From the NCBI RefSeq assembly GCF_001194135.2, contig NC_068984.1, positions 91,302,013-91,335,210 on the forward strand: DNA of 33,198 nucleotides, in the 5' to 3' direction. The stretch is from Octopus bimaculoides. Its lineage: Eukaryota. This document shows, piece by piece, positions 1 to 10,434 of this stretch (the first letter of the stretch is position 1; the number at the start of each line of letters is the position of its first letter). The position numbers were made by a program, and so were the translations under genes. The notes beneath the pieces are model-generated. The model did no database searches, had not been told where the DNA came from, and saw only the letters and a list, made by a program, of their open reading frames with translations.

Positions 1-8
1 CCTCCTCC

Positions 9-60
<52 letters not shown>

Positions 61-67
61 TATCATC
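1..67. repeat. (CAT)n microsatellite, the 3' (ATG)n tail of the adjacent minus-strand RTE LINE
   Basis: Perfect CAT run abutting TTAACGTCCG...CATGCTGGCATGGGTTGGAC. The same tail plus repeat recurs at ~5400, ~12700 and ~17000. Confidence 0.9.
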
Positions 68-2460
68 ATTTAACGTCCGTTGTCCATGCTGGCATGGGTT
101 GGACTGTTTGACCAGGGCTGGAAGGCTGCACTAGACTCCAGTCTGATTTGGTATGTTTTCTATGACCGGATGCCCTTCCTAACGCCAACTCCTCCAAGAG
201 TATAATGGGTGCTTTTTACATGCCAGTTACATGACACCAGCATCAGCCACAACTACGATTTCAGTTTGTTTGATGGGTCTTCTCAAGATCGTGCTTCACC
301 ACCTCATCCCATGTCTTCCTGGATCTATCTCTACCACAGGTTCCTTCCACAATTAGAGATTGGTACTTCTTTACAAAGCTCTCCTTGTCCATGCACATCA
401 CATGACCTTACCAGTGCAGTCGTCTCTCTTGCACACAGCATCTGATTCCTCTTATGCCCAACTTTTCTCTCAAGATGCTTACGCTCTGTCATACATGCAC
501 ACTGGCATTGCACATCCGGCAAAGCATACTGGCTTCATTTCTTTCAAGGCTATGCATGTCCTTGGCTGTCACAGTCCATGTTTCACTGCCATGTAGCATA
601 GCTGTTTGCACACAGACATCATACAATTTGCCTTTCACTCTGAGAGAGAGAGACCCTTTGTTGCCAGCAGAGGTAGCTCTCTGAACTTTGCCCAGCCCCA
701 AAAGAAGTTACTCTCTCAGAGCATCCACCTTTGCTACTAACTTGGTCACCTAGATAACAGAAGTTATCTACTACCTCTATCTTACCCCACTGGCGGTTGA
801 TGGAGTCTATTTTCTGCACATTTTCAGTGTTTATTGTATATGTGCATCTTTCACACACAAAAGCTATTTTCTCTGTTAACCTTCCCCTGATATTGCTGCA
901 CCTTTTATGTGTCCATAGCTGACACTGGGTATATCTTATGGAGTTTCTATCTATGCCTCTTCCACAGATCAAGCAGGGCCATCCACCGGAAGGGACTTAT
1001 AATTTGTCTACCCTTTTACTTACTAAGACTTTGGATTTTGCTAGGTTAACTCTAAGGCCCTTCGATTCTAGACCTTACGTCCATACCTGAAACTTCTCTA
1101 GTTCTGGTAGTTATCCAGGTATAAAAACAAGGTCATCAGTGTAGAGGAGCTTCCAGGGACAGCCTGTCTTGAATTCCTCTTTTATTGCCTCGAGGACTAT
1201 GATGAACAAGAGGGAGTTGAGGACCAATCCATGGTGAACCCCTACTTGTACCCTGAATTCTTTGCTGTACTTGTTACCAATCTCACCTTACTGATAGCGT
1301 CCCTGTACATGACTTGTACAGCTTTCACCAACCACTCACCTATCCCTAGTTTCCACATTGACCACCAGATAAGGGATCGGGGTCCCTGTCAAAGGCTTTC
1401 TCCAAGTCAACAAAAACCAAGTATAGAGGTTAATTTTTGGTTATGTATTCCTCCTGCAGCTGCCTTACCAGAAATATAGCATCAGTGGTGTTTCTCCCTG
1501 GCACAAAACCAAACAACATCTCATCTAGACTCTCTCCCTAATTAGTTGGGCTATGACCTTCTCCATAACTTTCATCACCTGATCCAACAACTTGATACCT
1601 CTGTCATTATTTCTATCTAAGGCATCACCTTTACCTTTTTAACAGTTAACTATGGTGCTGCTACACCAGTCATTGGATATGATTCCTTCGTGAACCACCT
1701 GATTTACAATATGGATGACTGGACCAGATATTTTGAGCATTTCAGCGGTGATTTTTGATGGTCCAGGGGCTTTCCCTGTCTTCATATCCTTAATTGCTTT
1801 ATCTACCAAGGTACTGTCAATTCAGATAGCTGATCCCTCAATTGGTTCAACATTTGGCAGACTCTCCTCCTCCTATTCATTCTCCAGATTCAGCAGTCTT
1901 TCATAATGGCATTTCCAAACCTCTTTCTTTGCTGAATCATTAAATGCAAGTGCACCGTCAGCTATGTGGACACATTTCTCTCCTATGACATCATGATTTT
2001 CTCTCACATGCTGTCTTGCAATCCGAAGCACTTCAAGACTTTGGTCCTCATGTTGTTGAGCATAGGCAAACTTCTTTTCTACTTCTCCCTTTTCAGATAT
2101 ACCGGTCTCCTAGCTTTCCTTCTGGTTATCAGATACAGTTCCCTGCTACCCTCACTCTTGCAGGCCTTCACCAGTGAAGATCTTTGTATTTAGGAGCAAC
2201 CATGCATCCTGCTGTCTGGTGAGAATGTAATCAATCTGGCTAACATAGTCACCTATTGGTAGGCTGGCTGGCTTCCTGAAGTTAGTGTTGCAAATCAATA
2301 GGTTATTTGCATTACAGAACTCCAGTAGCCTTGTCCCCTCTTTGTTTCGGGGACCAATTCCATGGCCTCCATGTACACCATGGAAGATACTGGGCTGCTG
2401 TCTGACATACCCATTGAAATCCCCAGCCACGAAGATGAGATCATTATCACTCATCTTTGA
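62..2460 (-). mobile_element. 5'-truncated, decayed RTE-clade LINE (APE endonuclease + reverse transcriptase remnants)
   Basis: Minus-strand translations give FVAGDFNG...GPRNKEGTRLLEFCNANNLLICNTNFRK...QIDYILTR (APE, 2152-2454). They also give VQVGVHHG...KTGCPWKLLYTDDL (RT, YTDD at 1132-1143), FCYLGD (~740), LHGSETW (~580) and a 3' UTR with (ATG)n tail. Many stops and frameshifts. Confidence 0.92.
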
Positions 2461-2711
2461 GGCAGCCTAAATACATGATTATGTTCAAGTTTCATTATTT
2501 TTATTTTAGACTTGCATATTTTCTTGTTTTTTTTTTTTTTTTTTTTTTTCTAGAACAATAAAGCCTCTAAATTCATATTCAATGTTTTCAAACTTGTACA
2601 GTCTCATTTTCAAGAGCTGAATATATTTGGTGTCCCAGTTGTTTCTTATATATTGGCTGAATTTGATATGAAAATTTGGTTGAAAGATACTTGTGGAGAC
2701 TATCTTTATCT

Positions 2712-2910
2712 TTTATTTGTTTCAGCCAATTAGACTGTGGTCATGCTGGGGCACTACTTTGAAAAAATTTTAGTCAAATGAATCGGCCCCAGTCATTTTT
2801 ATTAAGGCCTGATACTTATTCTGTCAGTCTCTTTTGCTGAACTGCTAAGTTACGAGAACATAAAGCATTAAGTCAAGCAGTGGAGTTGAGGATAAACACA
2901 CACACACACA
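2712..2910 (-). mobile_element. tRNA-type SINE family A, 3' half
   Basis: TTGTTTCAGCC...CATGCTGGGGCAC...ACTTATTCT...CTCTTTTGCTGAAC aligns to the copies at 11129-11478 and 20893-21292. Confidence 0.75.
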
Positions 2911-2958
2911 TTATATATGTTTTCCGAAATGTATAGTACTATACATCCATCACGGCTG

Positions 2959-3041
2959 AACTTACCAATCAGTTTCATGCAAGGAATACGATGGAGTGCT
3001 AGGTAACAAACTGATTATATAACCTTACACTCATCAGAGTT
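2959..3041 (-). ncRNA. Minimal type-I hammerhead ribozyme motif (core intact)
   Basis: Minus strand reads AACU-CUGAUGA-GUGUAAGG...CCUUGCAU-GAAA-C-UGAUUG-GUA/AGUU. Stem I AACU:AGUU, 8-bp stem II base, GUA cleavage triplet. Confidence 0.75.
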
Positions 3042-3386
3042 AGCTGATATGGAAGGAACATGGTGACTGCTCTCTATTGTCAGAGGTGGATTAGCACAAC
3101 TGGTGTGCGGCTACTGTGAAAAAGGTGGTGAAACAAGAAAGGGCCAGAGGATTAGGTTAGGAATTAATGTCCCTTGGTTAGGTATGCTGTGAGACCAGTA
3201 AGAATTATCTTGAAGTGTTTGTGGGGAAAGTGTGCATCATTAAGTGTGGTGCTCTTGTGGGGATGTCCTAAACTAATCCCCTAGTCCTTTCTCATTTCAC
3301 CCCTTTTTCACAGTAGCTGCACACCAGTTGTGTTAATCCACCTCTGACAATAGTGAGCAGTCCCCATATTCCCTTCGACGTCGGAT

Positions 3387-3469
3387 AACTCTGATGGGCA
3401 TAAGGTTATACAACCAGATTGTTACTTAACACTCCATTGTATTCCTTGTGCAAAACCAACTGGTAAGAT
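3387..3469 (+). ncRNA. Degenerate hammerhead motif (inverted sister of 2959-3041)
   Basis: AACU-CUGAUGG-GCAUAAGG...CCUUGUGC-AAAA-CC-AACU-GGUA/AGAU. A9G and G12A changes, so probably inactive. Confidence 0.6.
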
Positions 3470-3869
3470 CAGCTGTGATGGATATATAATACTATACATT
3501 TCGGATAATATATCCACTGTGTTGACAGATATAGGAGTGCATCTTTTCCCTAACTTATGGTCTCTTAGATGACTCATGTGCGCATATATATATATATANN
3601 NNNNNNNNNNNNNNNNNNNNNNNNNNNNNNNNNNNNNNNNNNNNNNNNNNNNNNNNNNNGTTAGCGTGAAAAACCTCATAGGGGAAAAATTTATTAATTA
3701 TTCCCTTTAAATATAATTATTTATATTAAGGGCATTACTATACATAAATGCCTCACGCTAGGAGGGACTCTTAAAGTCAAATCTACTGTAATAAACACAT
3801 TGTACCGAACACGAGGAAATGCAACTCTCGAAGCGAGCCTTTTAAAAACAGATTGAGCTGCTGATCATA

Positions 3870-4629
3870 GAGTTTCTAAATTCATATTAAACATTTCCAG
3901 CCATGACTGTCGTTTTCAAGAACTGGATAATATATAAAAAAAAAAAAAATATATATTTATGTATATATATATATATATGTAAAAAGGTTGAATTAGATTC
4001 GTCCTTTAATATGGAGGTTTCCAAAAAATGATTTCTAATATAGATTCTTCATATTTTGCTGGTAGCTTACTGGTATAAAATTGTGAATATGAAAATAATA
4101 CTTGTATATGGCGTGTTGTGAATTTATGGAAAGAAATCCCATAAAATTCAACAATTTTGATAAAAATGGAGAAGAGAAGATGTTAAAATATAGAAGAGAA
4201 GGTGTTAAAATATAGAAGAGAATTTTAATTCATGCAGACGGTCGTTTCATACGGCAATATAAAAATCATGCAAATTCATGGTTGAATAGAATTGATTAAA
4301 TTAATTTGATTAAATTAAATTAATTATATATCACTGTACTCTTCAGTGCAAGAAATACAAACAAATTTTTTACAAAGGACTTGAGAAAGGAAAAAGCAGA
4401 ATAGGACCTAGGGGATTCATATTTATCCTAATGATAAAGAAAGATATGTGTGAGTCCAGTTAGGTATTAATACCTAGGATTATGAATGCATGAAGCTAAC
4501 AGTGAAAAAACCTTTGGTGAGAAAGTCTATATGAATTAATTAGTAAGAAACAATACATTTGCCAAAATATCCAGTTCTTGAAAATGACACTGTCATGGCT
4601 GGAAATGTTTAATATGAATTTAGAAACTC
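3870..4629. mobile_element. 760-bp non-coding element bounded by ~62-bp inverted repeats (MITE-like) with an internal hammerhead
   Basis: GAGTTTCTAAATTCATATTAAACATTTCCAGCCATGAC... (3870-3932) is the reverse complement of 4567-4629. TA flanks both ends (3868-69, 4630-31). Confidence 0.7.
4233..4350 (-). ncRNA. Minimal type-I hammerhead ribozyme motif with GUC site and 91-nt stem II
   Basis: Minus strand reads UGCA-CUGAAGA-GUACAGUGAUAUA...UAUUGCCGUAU-GAAA-C-GACC-GUC/UGCA. All conserved core bases present, G10.1.U11.1 wobble. Confidence 0.78.
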
Positions 4630-4749
4630 TATTGTTCCAAAACAATTGTAAAAAAACTAATAAGCAAACATGAAAAACCTATGATGCAGAAGATAAAAAC
4701 TCCTATATAATTATGTATTGAATGAAACATATACAAAAGAAAAGCTGTT

Positions 4750-5100
4750 CCCTGCAGCCATAACTATGTGGTAAGAAGTCTGCCTCCCAACTACATGGTT
4801 CCATGGATTGCGACCATGCTGGGGCATCACCTTGGAGAGTTCAGTTGAACAAATTGACCCTAGTACTTTGCGAGCGTGGTACTTATTCTGTTGGTCACAT
4901 TTTGCTGATCTCAAGTGATAGTGGGGAACAAACACACACATAGAGATATATTCAGCTTCTGTCCACCAAATCCACTGACAAGGATTTGGCCAGCTCAGGG
5001 CCATAGAAGAAGATACTTTCCCAAGATGCTATACAGTTGGACTGAATCCAAAATTGTGTGGTTCGTAAGCAAACTTCTTATTACACAGCCATGCCTGCAC
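4750..5100 (-). mobile_element. SINE family A, near full-length minus copy preceded by a ~50-bp plus-strand head fragment
   Basis: 4805-5100 matches family A in reverse (head ...TTACACAGCCATGCCTGCA). 4750-4802 (CAGCCATAACTATGTGGTAAGAAG...) is a head in forward orientation. Confidence 0.7.
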
Positions 5101-5149
5101 ACACACACACACACACACGCACACACGCATCTGGCACCTTACTGTACTC

Positions 5150-5420
5150 AAGAAGACTTGTCCACCACAGAAGAATTGATACCGATGCTGGTGCTACACA
5201 AAAGGCACCTAGTATTCTCTGATTGGAGCTGGTAAGGTTGGGGCTTGGACCAGGCTCCATTGTCTGTTCTGGGATGGTTGGCATTAGGAATGGCATTCGG
5301 CCGTAGAATCTATGCCAGAACAGACAATGGAGCCTGGTGCAGGCCCTGATCTTACCAGCTCCAGTCAAACTGTCCACCTCTTACCAGTATGGAAAACAGG
5401 TGTGAAATGATGATGATGAT
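5150..5420 (+). mobile_element. Orphan RTE 3' tail with internal inverted duplication
   Basis: TTGGCATTAGGAATGGCATTCGGCCGTAGAA...CCAGTATGGAAAACAGGTGTGAAATGATGATGATGAT matches the RTE 3' UTR at 62-200. Confidence 0.7.
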
Positions 5421-5437
5421 AATTATATATATGTATG

Positions 5438-5488
<51 letters not shown>

Positions 5489-5768
5489 ATATATCTGAAT
5501 TAAGACCTTAATTTACAAATAAAGAAATTATATATCCACCAATGCAGTGCTGAGCACTCATTTCATCGTTCTACATTTATATCTATCTATCTATCTATAT
5601 ATATATCTATCTATATATATATCTATCTATATATATATATATATATATATATATGTTCCATATTTTGAAGGTCTTAGACCAACATGTTTTGGATTTGACA
5701 ATATGCCATAAAGCTAAACCCTTTATGGACAGGAAACCCAGGGTAATCCCATAAACCGGCCTTCCCCA

Positions 5769-5808
<40 letters not shown>

Positions 5809-6005
5809 GATAGATAGAGAGAGAGAGAGAGATAATCACACATAGACACACACACACACACACACACACTATATATATATATTTATATCGATATGTGTGT
5901 TTACACTCTATACACACACACAAACACAGATAGAAAGATGTGTGTGTGTGCGTGCGTGTGTGTGTGTGTGTGTACAAAATATATGGACACACGCACACAC
6001 AGACA
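5420..6005. repeat. Compound microsatellite field (TA, TATC, GA, CA, GT) interrupted by short unique blocks
   Basis: Directly visible dinucleotide and tetranucleotide runs. Confidence 0.9.
5691..5749 (+). ncRNA. Degenerate hammerhead motif
   Basis: GGAU-UUGACAA-...CCAUAAAG-CUAAACC-CUUUAUGG...-GAAA-CCC-A-GGGUA/AUCC. Stem I GGAU:AUCC, near-palindromic stem III, core has C3U and G8A. Confidence 0.45.
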
Positions 6006-6468
6006 AACACGTAAACACTTTTCTACATGGGTTGATTAACCTATATTATGTAAACGTATTGAAATTTATACATGAAAAGATTAGTGCTTTCGAAGATACT
6101 GACATAGACACACGTGTATTTACATAAATGATGTAGTGATATACATGTTATAGTAGTGGCAATTTTAGTTCTATAAATATCACACACATTTGGTGTACGT
6201 CATGTCTACAACTATTTCCTCGAGGAAAACGCCCTCTGCTCAAGTTTTTCTCGTGCATACTCTTCTCTCTCCCCTCTGTTATTTACTTACTCTTTAGCTC
6301 TCTCTCTCTCTCTCTTTCTTTCTCTCATTCTGTTGTTTATATTTTCTTTTCCCGTCATACAATGACAAATGAGTGCTCTTGCCCTCTTGCGCAATCACAC
6401 ACACACTACCCCCTCCTCCCACATCACACGCCCTCAAATCAACAATTACCTGTTTTATAATTTGTGTA

Positions 6469-7783
6469 GTTATTGTGTCAAAAAGTTCCTGGACTAGTTA
6501 CGTTTAATAAAAAAGACTTATTTGCCTAAGTTTTAACTTCATATCCTTTGAAATAGTCACCTTGCACAGCAATACACTTGTCCCAGGTTCCTTCACTTTT
6601 GGAATCTGGCCTGGAAGTCGTTTTCCGTAAGCAAGTGGAGGACCTTCCGTGATTTGTTCTGGATCTCAACAATGGGGTTAAAACAGCAACCTTTGAGCTG
6701 CATTTTCATCTTGAGGAAGAGATGGAAGTCTGCAAATGCTAAATCTGGCGAATAGGGCAGGTGCAGAAACGATACTATGTTGTTTTTGGTGAGAAATTCA
6801 CGAGTGAGGAAAGCTTGGTGACAGGGTGCATTGTTGTTGTGAAGAATCCAATTCTTCATGCTCCACAGATCTGGGCACTTTCACCAAATGTCCTCCCTCA
6901 AATGCTTCAAAATTTTAACCGTAGAACTCTTGATTGATGGTCTGGCCCTGGGAGGCAAATTCTTGCTGCACAATTGTGCAGATGTTGAAAAAAATGATAT
7001 GCATGCTCTTGATTGAGCTGTGACTCTGTTATGCCATTTTTGGTTGTGGAGGTGAAGGGCTCTTCCATTGTGATGAATGTTGATTTGTCTCAGGGTTGTA
7101 CCTGTAGACCCAACGCACGTCACTGGTGATGATCCTCGACATGAAGGATGGGTCATCAGTAGCATGCTGATGGAGATCTTGACAGTCTTTGACGTCTTCT
7201 GCTCAGTGGTCAGCAGGTGGGGGGGGGGGACAAACTTGTCAGAGAGACACTGCAGGTTCAATTCAGAAGTTAAGATTACCTGCACGGACCCATACAACAG
7301 ACCAACAACATCAGCGATGTCATTTATTGTCCTCCAACGATCCTCATATATAAGCTGATGAAGTTTCTCCACATTTCTGAGGGTGACACTTGTGGCAGGT
7401 CTTCCAGATTGCTCATTATCTTCCAGGGATGTTCTTCCGCTTTTGAAGTGCCTGTTCTACTTGAAACATTGCGTATGACCCATTGCCTTATCACTGTAAG
7501 CTTGCCAAAGTATGCTCAATGTTTATGTAGTAGACTTCTCAAGTTTAATGCAAATTTCACGTTGGCTCTTTGTTCCAACTTCCTGTCCATGACAAAATCA
7601 CAGACTGCATCATACATATGATCATAAAAACACAAATTTCACAACTTGCAAAGTAAACACAGTGATGTCACTCAGCACACTGCCTCATGAAGGACACTGC
7701 TAGCTCTCACTGTGCATGCAGCTGTTGCTGCCATCTGTTGGCACACTACTAAATTAGTCCAGGAACTTCTTGATACTACCTTG
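6469..7783 (-). mobile_element. Full-length (~1.3 kb) decayed mariner (DD34D) DNA transposon
   Basis: TIRs ...GTGTCAAAAAGTTCCTGGACTA (left) and TAGTCCAGGAACTTCTTGATACTACCTTG (right), TA at 6467-68 and 7784-85. Transposase remnant inside. Confidence 0.92.
6526..7590 (-). pseudogene. Mariner transposase pseudogene
   Basis: Reads MDRKLEQRANVKF..., IITSDVRWVYRYNPET (ITGDETW-like), WILHNNNAPCH and HLPYSPDLAFADFHLF. Several frameshifts and stops. Confidence 0.9.
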
Positions 7784-7876
7784 TACACTAAACATGCACT
7801 GCATGCAGAACTCACTGGTGACAGAAGAGTAAAAAGAATATTTGATGCTATTAATTTTTATTATTACTAACAACAT

Positions 7877-8090
7877 GAAGGTGGCAAGTTGGCAGAATCA
7901 TTAGCACACTGGTAAAAATGCTTAGTGGCATTTCATCTGTCTTTATGGTCTATGTTCAAACTCCTTCGAGGTTGACTTTGCCTTTCATCCTTTTGGGGTC
8001 GATAAATTAAGTACCAGTGAAACACTGGGGTTGGTGTAATCAACTAATTCCCTCCCCCAAAATTTCAGGCCTTTAATAGAAAGGATTATT
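7877..8090 (+). mobile_element. tRNA-type SINE family B, copy 1
   Basis: Head GGTGGCAAGTTGGCAGAATCATTAGC, core CTTTCATCCTTTTGGGGTCGATAAATTAAGTACCAG, tail GAAAGGATTATT. Confidence 0.85.
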
Positions 8091-8148
8091 TACTAATAAG
8101 TTGGCTACTATTTATGTTTATCATTATTAATAATCTCATATTAATATG

Positions 8149-8343
8149 ACTGCAAGGCAGAATCATTTGAGCACTGGAAGAACACGCTACTATATTTCTT
8201 TTAGCTCTTTTTGTTCTGATTTTAAATCCTGCCAAAGTCTTTCATCCATTTGGGACCAATAAAATAAAATACTAGTCAAATAGTATTGACTAATCTTCTC
8301 CTCTCAAAGTTGCTGGCCTTGCACCTAAATTAGAAACAGTTAT
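8149..8343 (+). mobile_element. SINE family B, copy 2 (degraded)
   Basis: GGCAGAATCATT...CTTTCATCCATTTGGGACCAATAAAAT...GGCCTTGCACCTAAATTAGAAAC. Confidence 0.65.
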
Positions 8344-8494
8344 TGATGAGGCAGTGTCATCTTAATATGACTATATGATGGCAAAAAGGCAGGATTGTTA
8401 CAACATTGGAAATATATGTTGCAACATTTGGCATGATTCTTTACACTCATATTCAACCAAAGTCAACGTTATCTTTTATTCTTCAGAAGAGATA

Positions 8495-8675
8495 CCTTGC
8501 AGCAATTTCCTGACACTTTACGTTCTGAGTTCGAATCCTACTGAGGTTGGTTTTACTTTGCATCCTTTCTGGATTGATAAAATAAAGTATTAATTAAGTA
8601 TCAGGATCCATGGTATCGACTAATCCCCTTCTCTCAAAATTACTGTTTTAAGTCTAAATTAGAAACCATTATTAA
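8495..8675 (+). mobile_element. SINE family B, copy 3 (degraded)
   Basis: B-box GTTCGAATCC, core TTTGCATCCTTTCTGGATTGATAAAAT, tail TTAGAAACCATTATT. Confidence 0.65.
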
Positions 8676-8763
8676 TAGTGGTTGTTTACTTGGAAGTGAA
8701 GTTCATGCTGACTTCTCGAAACATTGAAAACCTATTGGCAACACTTCAAAGTAAACAGTTACT

Positions 8764-8986
8764 ATTAATAATGGTTTCATATTTTGCTTCCAGGCCAGCA
8801 ATTTCAGAGGAGGGGGTAAGCCGATTACATTGACTCCAGTGTTCCACTGGTACTTATTCTATCAACCCCAAAATGATGGAAGGCAAATTTGACCATTGCA
8901 GAATTTGAACTCAGAATGTAAAACCAGAAGAAATGCTGTTAAGCATTTTTCCTAGTGTACTAATGATTTTGTCAGCTTGCCACCTT
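8764..8986 (-). mobile_element. SINE family B, copy 4
   Basis: Reverse complement of copy 1 from tail (AATAATGGTTTC) to head (GCTTGCCACCTT). Confidence 0.8.
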
Positions 8987-8997
8987 AAAGTTATTAT

Positions 8998-9215
8998 TAA
9001 TAATCCTTTCTACTATAGGCACAAGATCTGAAATTTTGGGGGAGGAGTTAAGTTGATTACTCTGACTCCAGTACTCCACTGGTACTTAATTTATTGACCC
9101 TGAAAAGATGAAAGGCAAAGTTGACTTCGGCAGAATTTGAACTCAAAACATAAAGCCAGAAGAAATGTTATTAAGCATTTTGCCCAGTGTGCTAACGATT
9201 CTGCCATCTCACCGC
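8998..9215 (-). mobile_element. SINE family B, copy 5
   Basis: Reverse complement of copy 1 from tail (AATAATCCTTTCTA) to head (CTGCCATCTCACCGC). Confidence 0.85.
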
Positions 9216-10120
9216 ATTAAAGCCACTATTAATAATAAAAATGTATTATATATAATAATGACAGGATCTGATTGACAGTCTCACACACTCATATACATAA
9301 ATATACTTTCACACTCACACATATGGGATGGAGTGGTGAGTTGATCTCAAGATGCTGGACTTCTCAAAGATGATAACTGTAATGATTGATGACATGCAGT
9401 GCTGGGGAAGACCTATCCAGTGCAAGCAAGGCACAACAGCCATTCAGACAGTGGTAGTGATAGAGGTTAGGGTATACAATGTATATATACTAAGTCTCTT
9501 GCTCATTATATTTCATGTAAGTCTCCATTTACTGCCCTCTTCAGTCATCTCTCATCTATAACTTGTCTTCTATTCATTGTACCATGCCATCTGTACAGTG
9601 AGGGAATGGCACTTAATCTATCTATATTCAATTTCCTTCACTATCACTCTTTATCATTTTCCTTATCTTCCACCATTACTCCTTTATCTATCTCATTTCC
9701 ATTGTAATACCTATGTGATGAGGGATAATATCAAATCTGTCTGCATTCAGTTCCCTCTACTGTCTCTCTCTTCATTGATATTTATCATTGCTCATCTCTA
9801 TTACAATCCATTATTTGTCCTCTTTGAACATAATCCATCTTTATTGTTATCTCAGCATGCTGCTCATGCTCTTTCTCTATTCAATCTCCTTACCAACAAC
9901 CAGGATGCAGCTATCACTATCTCTCTTCCATTACTCCCTCTCCATATTATTGTCCTTCTCCTATCCCTCTATTTCCTATCCTTATATTCATATTCTCTTT
10001 TCTTTTATCCACTTGATCATTAGTCCCTTTATTCTATGTACCCTCTTAGTCATGTTTATTTTGAATGATTAGAGACACTACAGAGCAAACATTTTAGTTT
10101 TGCAAGAGACAGGGTAACTT

Positions 10121-10299
10121 CACTTGTGCTGGTATCATGATAAAATGTGGTTGATATTAGAAATAGTATCTAACCATGGAAGCCATGCTAAATTGGAATG
10201 TATGAATGAGATGAGATCCTCTGACCCATCTTAAAGAGCAGTAGCTCCAAATATGAGCAAACTTGGACCATTACAACCTGTTTAACCTATACCAGCATG
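10121..10299 (+). mobile_element. Degraded RTE 3' tail
   Basis: TTGATATTAGAAATAGTATCTAACCATGGAAGCCATGC...AACCTATACCAGCATG resembles the tail at 16860-17004. Confidence 0.5.
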
Positions 10300-10434
10300 A
10301 GGAGGAGGAGGATGGGAAGAGGAAGAGGAGGAGGATGGGAAGAGGAAGAGGAGGAGGATGGGAAGAGGAAAAGGAGGAGGAGGAGGAGAAAAAGAAGAAG
10401 AAGAAGAAGAAGTAGTAGTAGTAGTAGTAGTAGT
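10299..10434. repeat. Compound purine-rich repeat: ~3x GAGGAGGAGGATGGGAAGAGGAA(G), then (GGA)n, (AGA)n, (AGT)n
   Basis: Directly visible. Confidence 0.9.

Larger units (their letters stand above)
2923..3505. mobile_element. Inverted-repeat (foldback) element; probable pair of inverted Penelope-like pseudo-LTRs
   Basis: Arms 2923-3162 and 3266-3505 are reverse complements (visibly diverged) around a ~100 bp spacer. Each arm carries a hammerhead motif pointing outward. Confidence 0.75.

Noticed and set aside
5536-5564. Half hammerhead (GAAA, long stem III, AUU) on the minus strand
   Set aside because: No CUGANGA partner found beyond the adjacent microsatellite.
5723-6127. ORFs rich in CV/YI/HT repeats (also 12042-12459, 16954-17309)
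   Set aside because: Translations of microsatellites, not proteins.
6215-6228. 14-bp perfect palindrome TTTCCTCGAGGAAA
   Set aside because: Too short to be significant alone and no supporting context.
9505-9544. CUGAAGA...GAAA on the minus strand
   Set aside because: Weak stem II, the triplet would be AUG (G not allowed at position 17), and there is no stem I.
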